A stretch of 64,000 bases of DNA from an uncultured Thermoleophilia bacterium (GTDB lineage Bacteria > Actinomycetota > Thermoleophilia > Miltoncostaeales > Miltoncostaeaceae): positions 1,698,011 through 1,762,010 of the forward strand of contig CAVTPK010000011.1 in assembly GCA_963736635.1 (NCBI GenBank), given 5' to 3'. How positions within the stretch are numbered: position 1 is the first letter of the stretch; every line of letters starts with the position of its first letter. Positions 9,155 to 18,680 of this stretch are shown here, one piece after another. The position numbers and the translations under genes were made by a program. The notes below the pieces were generated by a model. It was not told the DNA's origin. It saw nothing but the letters and a program-made list of their open reading frames with translations, and ran no database searches.

Positions 9155-9598
9155 ATGACCGACGGCGACCACGATCGCTGGATGGGCGCCTGGCTGACAC
9201 TCGTCCGCACGCACGCGCGCCTCTGGGATCAGGTGGAGGCTCAGATGCGCCGCGACCACGGCCTGACCATCGCCCGCTACGACGTGCTGGCCAGTCTGGA
9301 CGCGGCCGGGGGGCGGCTGCGTCTGGGCGATCTCGGCGCGTCGATCGTCCTCTCGCCCTCGGGTCTCTCCAAGCTGCTCGACCGCATGCAGGCGTCGGAC
9401 CTGATCCGGCGCGAGCCCGATCCGGCCGACGCCCGCTCGACCTTCGCGGTCATCACCCCGCGTGGGCGGGCGCTCATCAAGAAGGCACGCCGGACCCACC
9501 ATGGGCTGTTGCAGCAGAGGTTCGGCGACGCGCTGGACGACCGTGACGTCGCCGATCTGATGCGGATCATGGAGCGGATCGCCGCGTCGTCCAGGTAG
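9155..9598 (+). CDS. MarR family regulator
   Basis: YDVL, LSPSGLSKLLDRM, DPADARS..ITPRG. Confidence 0.9.
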   Translation: MTDGDHDRWMGAWLTLVRTHARLWDQVEAQMRRDHGLTIARYDVLASLDAAGGRLRLGDLGASIVLSPSGLSKLLDRMQASDLIRREPDPADARSTFAVITPRGRALIKKARRTHHGLLQQRFGDALDDRDVADLMRIMERIAASSR

Positions 9599-9637
9599 AG
9601 GACGCCACGAGGCCGCCCGCTTCGTCGGCGAACCAGG

Positions 9638-9672
9638 CTCGGGGCCCCGGCGACCGCCGCCGGGGCCCCGAG
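9638..9672. terminator. 15-bp stem hairpin next to repeat copy 3
   Basis: ctcggggccccggcg / cgccggggccccgag. Confidence 0.65.
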
Positions 9673-9678
9673 ATGAGC

Positions 9679-9698
9679 GGGCCTGGCGGGATTGAAGT
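9679..9698 (-). repeat. tRNA-3'-like/att-like repeat, copy 3
   Basis: gggcctggcgggattgaagt followed by tgaacccaaacccaaacc. Confidence 0.75.
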
Positions 9699-10213
9699 TG
9701 AACCCAAACCCAAACCTCTGGGACGGGTCCGCCCATCACGATCCAGAGCGCCCCTCGTTCGATGCTAAGCGGCGGCGCTAGCTCCAATCCCGCGAACGAA
9801 CTCGATGACGTCCTTCGCGGATTCCTCGAAGGCTGCCCGGCCCTCGTTCGGTTCCTCAAAGCAGCACCGAAGCACCTCGTCGAGAAGAGCCTTCTTCGCT
9901 GGTCGCTTCGCCCGGTGGGCAGCGACCCCAAGAGCCGCATCGACCTGCCTGGCGAATCGGGCCGGGTAGTAGCGCGCGAATGCATCTGCCGAGAGAGCGA
10001 CAGTCGAAGCCGCAAGCGAAGACGTCTGTCTTCGTCGTGGTCTACGCCTCGGCGACCGGAAAGCCCTCAGAGACATCCGCGCCGACATGCATCGAAAACC
10101 GCCGAGCCCGGTTGCGGATATCGAGCGAACCAACACTGGCCAGCACCATTCTCTTGACTCGGCCCATCACGCGAAAGGAGGATCTGCCGCACACCTCGAC
10201 GACAGGTTATGCC

Positions 10214-11590
10214 ATGGTCCCGCGCGCCCCGACGACTCCACGCACCAGGCGCCGCCACCACCGTTACCTCGCCGTCGCGGCGCTCGTCCTCGGCGCCACC
10301 TTCGCGCTGAGCGGTTGCGCACAGATACGGGGCTACAACCTCCAGCAACTCGGCTCGATCGGGGACATCGACATCGTCCTCGACGGATGCGGCTCCGAGG
10401 CCGGCAATCCCGACTGTGGGCTCGGCAACTCCGGCCTCGCCTCGAACGCGACCGGGACGGGGCAGGTGCTGCTGGGCTTCGAGATCGACGCCCGTTTCGT
10501 GCCACCGGCGACGTTCGCGACAGATGTCGTCTCCGGCCACCAGCCCTTCACGGCGAGCCCGTCCTACACGGCCGAGCTGACGCGGCTCGACCCGCCCGGT
10601 CCCGGTCTCAAGTGGGCCGGGTATCTCTCAGACGCCCGCACCTACACGCCCGGCAAGCTGGTCGGGGCGCGGGTGCCGATCGCACGCCCCCTCCTTCCCG
10701 ACGGGTCTCCCAATGGGAGCACCGTCTTCGTCTCATGGCGCATCGGATCGCGAGGCGTCCTCGCGGACGCCCCGGCGACACGCCCCGTGACCTGCGGGGA
10801 CAGCCTGACGGCGATCCTTCAGTCGGACCTCACGATCTGCTCAGACGAGAGCGGCTCCGTGGGCGTCTTCGACTTCAACGACTTCGGCTTCCTGACCCCG
10901 GCGCCCGTCACGGTGCAGCCGGGGCAGACGGCGGTCATCCCGGTCACCGGCAAGCTGACGGGGCCCGCGCGTCCCGCCATCAACTTCGCGCTCAGGACCA
11001 CGACCACGGTTCCCGGTGCCACCGCCGTCACGAACGTCCCGACGCTCGTACCCCTGGGTGACAGCACGACATCCGTGACGGTATCGGTACCCGTCCCGCC
11101 GGGGACCGCACCCGGCACCTACGCGGTGACGCTCAGCGGCACCCTTCCAAGCGGCGAGACCCGCGCGACGACAGGGGCCGTGATCGTCGCCGGGCCGGGC
11201 GCCGGCATCGTCGCCGGGCCGGGCGGAGCGCCGGGCGGCGGCACCGCCGCCGCGCCGCTGTGCGCCGGACGACCCGCAACCGTCACCGGGACCGCCCGCC
11301 CGGACCGGCTGAAGGGCACCGCGGGCCCCGACGTGATCGCCGGGCTGGGCGGTGCCGATGTGATCGACGGCCTGGGCGGCGCCGATGTCCTCTGCGGCGG
11401 CCCGGGGGCCGACCTCCTGCGGGGCGGCGGAGGTCGCGACGTCCTGGTCGGCGGAGCCGGCCCCGACCGCCTGCTGGGTGGGCTCGGGCCGGATCGCCTT
11501 CTGGGCGGACCCGGCGCCGACCGCCTGCTCGGCGGCCGCGGCCTCGACGTCCTGATCGGCGGGGCAGGCCGGAACGTCCGCATCCAATAG
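10214..11590 (+). CDS. Secreted/lipoprotein with C-terminal RTX (hemolysin-type Ca-binding) nonapeptide repeats
   Basis: Signal with LSGC lipobox; Ig-like middle region; tandem GGxGxDxL repeats. Confidence 0.8.
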   Translation: MVPRAPTTPRTRRRHHRYLAVAALVLGATFALSGCAQIRGYNLQQLGSIGDIDIVLDGCGSEAGNPDCGLGNSGLASNATGTGQVLLGFEIDARFVPPATFATDVVSGHQPFTASPSYTAELTRLDPPGPGLKWAGYLSDARTYTPGKLVGARVPIARPLLPDGSPNGSTVFVSWRIGSRGVLADAPATRPVTCGDSLTAILQSDLTICSDESGSVGVFDFNDFGFLTPAPVTVQPGQTAVIPVTGKLTGPARPAINFALRTTTTVPGATAVTNVPTLVPLGDSTTSVTVSVPVPPGTAPGTYAVTLSGTLPSGETRATTGAVIVAGPGAGIVAGPGGAPGGGTAAAPLCAGRPATVTGTARPDRLKGTAGPDVIAGLGGADVIDGLGGADVLCGGPGADLLRGGGGRDVLVGGAGPDRLLGGLGPDRLLGGPGADRLLGGRGLDVLIGGAGRNVRIQ

Positions 11591-11738
11591 CCTCGGCAGG
11601 GGCACGGGGTCGGGCCGACCACCGGCGCGCCGAGGGGCGAGAGGGACTGCGCCCCGCCCGGGGCGCCTTCGCCCGGCTCGGGCACGCGTCGGGGTCTGCC
11701 GCCATCCAAGGCCGAACTGAGCGGCCCGACCAGATCAG

Positions 11739-11826
11739 CGGAGGGGGAGGGATTCGAACCCTCGGCCGGGGGTTGCCCGGCAACGGTTTTCAAGACCGTC
11801 GCATTCGACCGCTCTGCCACCCCTCC
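11739..11826 (-). tRNA. tRNA-Ser(TGA)
   Basis: ggaggggtggcagagcgg..acggt-cttgaaa-accgt, long variable arm, ggttcgaatcc. Confidence 0.95.
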
Positions 11827-11885
11827 GCGCCGCGCCCGCGCGCCCTCACCGGGCGGGGGCCCGGTCGCTACGATACGGCCCGCGC

Positions 11886-11975
11886 GGAGAGGTGGCCGAG
11901 TGGCTGAAGGCATCCGCCTGCTAAGCGGGTAATCGGGGTTAACCTGATTCGAGGGTTCGAATCCCTCCCTCTCCG
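11886..11975 (+). tRNA. tRNA-Ser(GCT)
   Basis: ggagaggtggccgagtgg..ccgc-ctgctaa-gcgg, long variable arm, ggttcgaatcc. Confidence 0.95.
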
Positions 11976-12127
11976 TTCCTCCGCGCCCGGGGCGGCGGCC
12001 CACGTCGCGCCGGCGCGCACGCAGCGGCCGGGCCAGCTCCACCAGGAGACCCTCGGGCCGCGCGCCGGGCCGCCCGCCCGCCTGGCATCCTCCGCTGCGA
12101 CGTTCGGCGGGTGGGCTCGCGGAGGGC

Positions 12128-12808
12128 GTGAGCGGGGTGGACGTGGAGGAGTACGAGAACGAGCCGGGTTTCGTCGGCGAGGCGCGCTGGCCGATGGCCA
12201 GCGCCGTCCTGGCGGCGATCCTGCTCACCTTCCTGCTGCCCGCGGACGTGCGGATCTTCCCGGTGTGGGTGATGCCCTCCGTCGAGGCCCTGCTGCTGAT
12301 CGCGCTGGTGGCCGGCGACCCGGGGGAGATCTCGCGCCGCTCGCGCCAGTTGCGCGGGCTGTCGATCGTGCTCGTCGCCCTGCTGCTGCTCGCGTCGCTG
12401 CTGTCGACGATCCTGCTGGTGGCGTCCCTGATCGAGGGCGGCGAAAAGCTCGATACGGCCGACTCGCTGCTGGCCGCCGGCGCGGTGGTGTGGGGCTCCA
12501 ACGTGCTGGCCTTCGCCCTGCTGTTCTGGGAGCTCGACTGCGGCGGGGCGGCCGAGCGGGCCCATCGCATGCCCCCGCACCCGGACTTCGCCTTCGTCCA
12601 GCAGATCAACCCGGACCTCGCGCCGCCGGGCTGGCGGCCGCGATTCGTCGATTACCTCTACCTGTCGATCACCAACTCCATCGCGCTCAGCCCCACCGAC
12701 ACCATGCCGATGACCCCGTGGGCGAAGAGCGCGATGGCCGCGCAGTCGATCATCTCCCTCCTGATCATCGGCCTGGTCATCGCCCGGGCGGTCAACGTCC
12801 TCAACTAG
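12128..12808 (+). CDS. DUF1345 family membrane protein
   Basis: FALLFWELDCGG, PDFAF, WRPRFVDYLY, SPTDTMPMT. Confidence 0.8.
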   Translation: MSGVDVEEYENEPGFVGEARWPMASAVLAAILLTFLLPADVRIFPVWVMPSVEALLLIALVAGDPGEISRRSRQLRGLSIVLVALLLLASLLSTILLVASLIEGGEKLDTADSLLAAGAVVWGSNVLAFALLFWELDCGGAAERAHRMPPHPDFAFVQQINPDLAPPGWRPRFVDYLYLSITNSIALSPTDTMPMTPWAKSAMAAQSIISLLIIGLVIARAVNVLN

Positions 12809-12858
12809 GCCGACCGCGCGCGAGCGGGCGCGGCCGTCCTGGTAACCTCCCGGGTCGC

Positions 12859-12932
12859 GCGCCCGTAGCTCAGTCGGATAGAGCGTCGGTCTACGAAACC
12901 GAAGGTCACAGGTTCGAATCCTGTCTGGCGCA
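12859..12932 (+). tRNA. tRNA-Arg(ACG)
   Basis: gcgcccgtagctcag..tcggt-ctacgaa-accga..ggttcgaatcc; one acceptor-stem mismatch. Confidence 0.92.
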
Positions 12933-12935
12933 CTT

Positions 12936-12964
12936 CGAGAGCCCGCCCTCGCAGCGGGCTCTCG
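12936..12964 (+). terminator. Hairpin after tRNA-Arg
   Basis: cgagagcccgc / gcgggctctcg. Confidence 0.65.
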
Positions 12965-13039
12965 CCGTTCTCGGGGTGCCCCCCACTGGCGCCGAGAGCG
13001 CCCGGCGGGGTAGGTTCCGGCGGTGAAGGAGCGCTGACG

Positions 13040-14140
13040 ATGACCACCGATCCGTCCAACCCGGCCGGTCCGCGCTGGCGCCGGATCACCGCGGGGGTCC
13101 TCCTCGGCCTGGCGATCCTCGCGATCATCCTCGCACCGGTGATGCTCTACCTCCGGTCGCAGGTCCTCGACTCCTCCGAGTTCCGCAGCCGGGCGGAGAC
13201 GGCGCTCGCCTCGCCCGAGGTCCAGGACTACCTCGCCGACGCCCTGACCGCCCGGTTGGTGGCCCGCGGCGGGCCCGCCGCCGAGCGCGCCGAGCCGCTG
13301 GTGCGCGCCGTGGCCGGCGGGGTCGTCGCCAGCGATCAGTTCGCGGAGGTCTTCGGCCGCGCGGTGGAGGGCCTCTACGGCCGGATCATCTCCGGCGACA
13401 CGGCGTCGCGGGTGGTCGATCTGCGCGAGGCGGTGGACCGGGCATCCGCGGCGATCGCGGTCGCCAGGCCCGAGCTCGGCCAGCGCATCGCCGAGGCGTC
13501 CGGAGAGATCCCGGTGGCACAGGGCACGGCCGGCGAGAAGCTGGCGGAGGTCGCCCATCGCGCCCACCAGCTGAGGGTGCTCGGGATCGTGCTGCCGATC
13601 GTCGCCTTCGTCCTGCTCGTGGCGTCGGTCGCCGTGGCCCCGGACCGGCTGCGGGCCACCCGGCGGGCCGGCTGGGGCCTCATCGCGGGCGGCATCGTCA
13701 TCACCGCGGTCGTCGCGTTGACGCGCCGGATCATCGTGGGGATCCCGAGCGACGCCGAGGTGCGCGGGGCGGTCGGCCAGGTCGAGAGCGCCTACCTGTC
13801 CGACCTCGGGCGCTGGGGCGCCTGGGTGACCGCCATCGGGGTGGTGGCGCTGGCCACCGCCGTGTTCCTGGGCAGCAGCCTCACCCTGCGCGAGCAGGCG
13901 GCGCGGGCCTGGGATGCCTCGACGCGCCGGCCCGCGCGCACCTGGGTGCTCGTGCTGCGGTTGCTCGTCCTCCTCGTCATCGTCCTGCTGGCGATCTTCG
14001 CGCTGGACGCGGTCCTCACGCTCGTGGTGGCGGTGGCGATCGCCCTCCTCGTCGCCTACGGCCTCGCGGAGCTCCTGCGCCTCGCCGGCGTCAATCCGCG
14101 AGACCCGGACTCGGAATCGAGGACCCCGGCCGCACGGTGA
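13040..14140 (+). CDS. Integral membrane protein, hypothetical
   Basis: RBS gaagga; multiple hydrophobic helices. Confidence 0.7.
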   Translation: MTTDPSNPAGPRWRRITAGVLLGLAILAIILAPVMLYLRSQVLDSSEFRSRAETALASPEVQDYLADALTARLVARGGPAAERAEPLVRAVAGGVVASDQFAEVFGRAVEGLYGRIISGDTASRVVDLREAVDRASAAIAVARPELGQRIAEASGEIPVAQGTAGEKLAEVAHRAHQLRVLGIVLPIVAFVLLVASVAVAPDRLRATRRAGWGLIAGGIVITAVVALTRRIIVGIPSDAEVRGAVGQVESAYLSDLGRWGAWVTAIGVVALATAVFLGSSLTLREQAARAWDASTRRPARTWVLVLRLLVLLVIVLLAIFALDAVLTLVVAVAIALLVAYGLAELLRLAGVNPRDPDSESRTPAAR

Positions 14141-14203
14141 CGCCGCGAGGTGCGGCAGCGGGTCCCGTCGGGACCGGAGTCCCGCGACCCGCGTCGCTCG
14201 CCC

Positions 14204-14605
14204 CTAGCGCGTCCTTCGGGAGGAGGCGTTGAGGGCGACCGCCTCGCGGATGAGGGCCGTGAACGCGCCGGCGTCCAGCTCCTCCCCCTCGCGGATGTCG
14301 ATCGCGCGCCGGACGTTGCCGTCCAGGCTCGAGTTGAAGAGGCCGGTCGGGTCCGCGAGCGAGGCGCCCTTCATGAAGGTCAGCTTCACGACCGCCTTGT
14401 ACGACTCGCCGGTGCAGATGATCCCGTCGTGCGACCAGACGGGGGTGCCCTTCCACTTCCACTCCTCGACGACGTCGGGATCGGCCTCCCTGATGAGGCT
14501 CCGCATCCTGCTCAGGGTCTCGCCCCGCCAGTCCCCGAGCTCGGCGATCCTCGCGTCGATCAGCTCGCTCGCCGACCGATCCCCGGTCGCGCCCGAACCC
14601 GCCAT
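14204..14605 (-). CDS. DUF1801 domain protein
   Basis: LGDWRGETL, EEWKW, VKLTFMKGASL.DP.GLFNSSLDGNVRRAID. Confidence 0.9.
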   Translation of the reverse strand: MAGSGATGDRSASELIDARIAELGDWRGETLSRMRSLIREADPDVVEEWKWKGTPVWSHDGIICTGESYKAVVKLTFMKGASLADPTGLFNSSLDGNVRRAIDIREGEELDAGAFTALIREAVALNASSRRTR

Positions 14606-14751
14606 GGTCACCTCCTCGAACGTCGGGCCAATCCTAGTGCCCGGCCGCCCCTGGCCCCCGGGGCGGCTCGTCGCCGCGACCGGCACGCTGGCGAGGGCCC
14701 TCATAGCTGAGCCCCGCCCCTCGGTGCGGGGGGCGGGGCCGGTGTGCCGGA

Positions 14752-16974
14752 TCAGACCGTGGCGCCCTGGGGAAGCGGCGCGTCGGTCTCCCGCTCGTGT
14801 TCGAGGCGGGGGAGCCAGCGGAGCCAGCTCGGCAGGTACCAGTTGCGGTCGCCGAGCAGGGTCATCGACGCGGGCAGCAGCACGGCCCGGACGATGGTGG
14901 CGTCGATCAGGATGGCGGCCGCGAGGCCGATCCCCATCTCCTTCATGTCGAGGATGGGCAGGAGGGCGAAGACGCTGAACACGGCCACCATCACGACGGC
15001 CGCGCCGGTGACGACGCTGGCGGTGGAGCGGATGCCGTGCTCGACGGCGTCACGGGTGCTCATGCCGCGGTCGTAGAGCTCGCGGACCTTGCTCAGGATG
15101 AACACGTGGTAGTCCATCGAGAGCCCGAACAGGATCACGAACAGGAACATCGGCAGCCACGAGGCGATGCCGCCGGTGGGGTTGAAGTCGAAGACGTTCT
15201 CGCCCCAGCCCCACTGGAAGACGATGACGAGCAGGCCGTAGGCCGCCGCCACCGACAGCAGGTTCAGGATGATCGCCTTCAGCGCGACGACGACCGAGCG
15301 GAACGCCACCAGCAGCAGCAGGAACGCGAACAGCAGCACGAACCCGAAGACCTGCGGCGCCGATCGCTTCATCATCGCCGTGAAGTCGTGGGACTCCGCG
15401 GTGCCGCCGGTGACGGCGTACTCGGCGCCCGGGACCGCGCCGACGGTGGCCGGCAGGACCCGGTGGCGCAGCGTGGCCAGGGCGTGGTCGGAGACCGCGT
15501 CGGTGCCCTTGCCGACCAGCGGGACGCTGACCTGGAAGGTGGTCCCGTCGGGGCTCTGCTCGACCGTGATGGGCTCGAGCATCTCGCCCGAGGCGAGCGC
15601 CGCCCGCTTCATGTCGCCGATGGCGGCGCGGGTGGAGGCCGGGTCGTCGGAGCGCACGGCCACCACGGCCGCGGTCGCACCGCCGGGGAAGGACTCCTCG
15701 AGCTTGTGGAACGCCTGGAGCTCCGGCTGGCTCTTGGGCATCGCGTCGAGGCCGCTCTGCGCGGTGTGGAGCTGCAGCGCCGGCAGGGCGAGGGCCACGA
15801 GGATCGCCGCGGAGGCGACCGTCGAGATGACCGGGTGCCGCAGCACCGGGCGCAGGATGGCGCCCCAGAAGCGGCTGCCCTCGGCGCCGGCGCGCCGGCG
15901 GCGGCCGAGGAATGGGATGCGGCCCTTCTCGATGCGGTCGCCGAGCGCCGACAGGACGGCCGGCAGCACGGTGAGCGAGCCGAGCATCGCGACGAAGACG
16001 ACCAGCATCGCGCCGATGGCGAACGACATGAACGTCTTGTCGCCGGAGAAGAACATCCCGGCCATGGCGATCATCACCGTGAGGCCCGAGAGCAGCACGG
16101 CGCGCCCGGAGGTGGCGGCGGCGGCCTGGAGCGAGGCGCCCGCGCTGCGCCCGGCCCGGCGCTCGTCGCGTTCACGGCGCATGTAGAAGAGCGCGTAGTC
16201 GACGCCGACGGCGAGTCCCGACCAGCAGGATCACCTCGCTGATCTGGGCGTCCATCGGCACGAGCTGGCTCGGCAGTGAAACCAGGCCGAGCGTGGCGAA
16301 GACGGCCGGTCAGGCCGAGCATCACGGGCACGAGCGCGCCCATCAGCGAGCCGGTGACCAGCAGCAGGATGAACAGCGTGAGCGGGATGGCGATGAGGCC
16401 GGCCCGCGCGAGCTGCGAGTCGAACAGCGCGTCGAGCTGCTTGTCCGTCGAGGTGCCGGCGGACGCGACGTAGAAGTCCGGGTGCGCCTCCTGGACGCGC
16501 GTCCACGCGGGCGACGATCGTGTCGATGTAGGCCGTGGCCTCGTCGTAGGTGCCGCGCGGGGTGTAGGAGACCATCACGGCGTGGCGGTCGGGCGAGATC
16601 TGGCCCTCGTTGCCGGCGGTAGGGGGGAGTGGAGGTCCTCCACCTGCGGGAAGGCCGACAGCTCGTCGATCGTCTCGCGGATCGTGGCGCGGAACGCGGG
16701 GTCGTCGACCGTCCGCGCGTCGGAGCGGATCAGGACGAACTCGCCCTGGCCGGTCGCGTCGAGGTCGAAGCCCCTGGTCGATGAGCGCGTTGGCGCGGCC
16801 CGCCTCGCCGACGGCCGCGTCCTGCGGGTCGATGACGTGCATCGGCGCGGCGATGCCGATGGCGAACGCCACGAGGACGAAGGCGAGCCATCCGAAGATG
16901 GCCGTCTTGCGGTGAGCGGCGCTCCAGCGGCCCATGCGGGCGGCGAGATTGCGGGAGTGCGTGAGGGGGGTCAT
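14752..16974 (-). CDS. MMPL/RND family transporter (several frameshifts 16200-16780)
   Basis: NLAARMGRWSA, GRAVLLSGLTV, ILFGLSMDYHVF, DATIVR. Confidence 0.85.
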
Positions 16975-17079
16975 CGCTGTCTCCTTGGTCCGTGTGCCCG
17001 GGGCCCGCGGTGGGCTCCGGCTGCGGCTCGAGCCTCTTCCCGGCCCGTCCGCGGCGGCAGCCGGGTCACCCGTGGACCG

Positions 17080-17097
17080 GGGGGCGGTTTTCTGGTG
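17080..17097. promoter_or_regulatory. 18-bp motif upstream of MMPL, probable response-regulator site
   Basis: gggggcggttttctggtg, identical at 18007-18024. Confidence 0.65.
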
Positions 17098-17184
17098 GCC
17101 CGGCGGGCGGCACGCCGCCCGGCCCCGGACGCGCCGGAGCCCCGCGTGGCGGGGCTCCGGGGGCGGGGCGCGTGCGTGCGCTGC

Positions 17185-17922
17185 CTACGCGGGCGCCCGC
17201 GGCCGGCCGGCGAGCATCAGGGCGGTGCCCGACCCGGCGAGCGCGACGCCGGCGAGGAGCATGCCGACGCCGAGCCACAGCACCACGTCGGTCGTCACGG
17301 AGACACGGGTCGTCGCCCGCACGCCGGCCGAGCCGTCGGCGTTCATCACGACGGCCGACCAGTCGCCCTCCTGGACGGGCCAGACGACGGTCTGGGTCCC
17401 GGCGCCCGGCGGCGGACTTCTCCCAGAATCCCCGGGAGGCGGGCGGCGCCGGCGCGCCCGTCCCGGCGACGATGTCGGGCGGCGCTGCCCGCCGTCGAGG
17501 TCGGCGAGCGCGTGGGAGACGCCGGCGAGGTAGGCGTCGACGTCCGCTCCGGCGCGCGATGCCCACGAACACGGGTCCGTCGCGCGCACCGGTGGCGGCC
17601 ACCCGCACCCGGCCGAGCCGGCCCTCGGCCGGCAGCCAGTCGGGGCCCGCGTCCCCGACGTCGAGGTCGTGGGACACCAGCGCCCGCGTGGCGTGGCGAG
17701 CGCGGCCGTCTCGGGGGCGTAGAACCCCGCGGCGTCGCGCTGGGTCTCGTTGACCGCCACCAGCGCGGCGCCGCCGGCGAGCGCGCCGGCGCCGATGGCG
17801 GCCGTGAGGGCGCCCGCGACCACCAGGCCGCGCCGGCGGGGGCGGGCGGGGACGGCGGCCGGGGGCGGCGCACCGGTGATGGCGCCGCCGTCGGGGTCGT
17901 TCTGGATCACCTTGGTCTTCAT
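17185..17922 (-). CDS. Membrane-anchored hypothetical protein (frameshifted)
   Basis: TM helices at both ends; QRDAAGFY, GDWSAVVMNADGS. Confidence 0.65.
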   Translation of the reverse strand: MKTKVIQNDPDGGAITGAPPPAAVPARPRRRGLVVAGALTAAIGAGALAGGAALVAVNETQRDAAGFYAPETAALATPRGRWCPTTSTSGTRAPTGCRPRAGSAGCGWPPPVRATDPCSWASRAGADVDAYLAGVSHALADLDGGQRRPTSSPGRARRRRPPPGDSGRSPPPGAGTQTVVWPVQEGDWSAVVMNADGSAGVRATTRVSVTTDVVLWLGVGMLLAGVALAGSGTALMLAGRPRAPA

Positions 17923-18006
17923 GTCGCGCCTCCTCGGATCGGTTCGGTCGTGATCCGAGGCTGTCGCGGACCGGCCCCGACGGACAGACGGCGCACCGGC
18001 CGCCGA

Positions 18007-18024
18007 GGGGGCGGTTTTCTGGTG
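18007..18024. promoter_or_regulatory. Second copy of the 18-bp motif, upstream of gene 17185..17922
   Basis: gggggcggttttctggtg. Confidence 0.65.
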
Positions 18025-18036
18025 TCCGGGCGGAGG

Positions 18037-18680
18037 CTAGGCGCGCAGGTAGAGCAGCACGCGAGCACCCGGCGCGAGTCGCTGCCGGTGGACGGCAGCC
18101 CGAGCTTGGTGAAGATGCTGGAGACGTACTTCTCGGCGGCGCGCAGCGTGATGACCAGGCGGTCGGCGATGCCCTGGTTGGAGCGGCCCTCGGCCATCAG
18201 GGTCAGCACCTCGCGCTCGCGCGGCGTGAGCTCGGCGATCGGGTCGTCGTCGCGGCGCCGGCCGAGGAGGGTCGAGACGATCACCGGGTCGATCGCCGAG
18301 CCCCCGCCGCCGACCCGCCGCACGGCGGCCACGAACTCGCCGACGTCGCTGACGCGGTCCTTCAGGAGGTAGCCGGCGCCCTCGGCCGAGTCGGCCAGCA
18401 GCTTCATGGCGAGGCCGACCTCCACGTACTGGGACAGCACCATGACGCCGACGCCGGGGTGGGCCTCGCGGATCCGGATCGCCGCGCGCAGGCCCTCGTC
18501 GGTGAACGTCGGCGGCATCCGGATGTCGGTGACGACCACGTCCGGCGCGTAGCTGCGGACCTTCAGCAGCAGGTCGTCGGCGTCCTCGCAGCGGCCCACG
18601 ACCTCGAGGCCGGCGTCCTCGAGGATGCGCGCGATCCCCTCGCGCAGCAGGACGCTGTCCTCGGCGATCACGACGCGCAC
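18037..18680 (-). CDS. NarL/LuxR family response regulator (frameshift near 3' end)
   Basis: VVIAEDSVLLREG, DIRMPPT, GYLLKDRV, LTPREREVL.LMAEGRSN. Confidence 0.9.

Noticed and set aside
11300-11585. 27-bp periodic repeats resembling a CRISPR array
   Set aside because: They encode RTX nonapeptides; no unique spacers and no cas genes.
11636-11656. Possible extra tRNA-3'-like fragment (minus strand ggggcgcagtccctctcgcc)
   Set aside because: Lacks the TTC T-loop core; too weak in GC-rich DNA.
1-11738. Classical integron or prophage
   Set aside because: No intI, no clear GTTRRRY attC pattern and no phage genes recognised.
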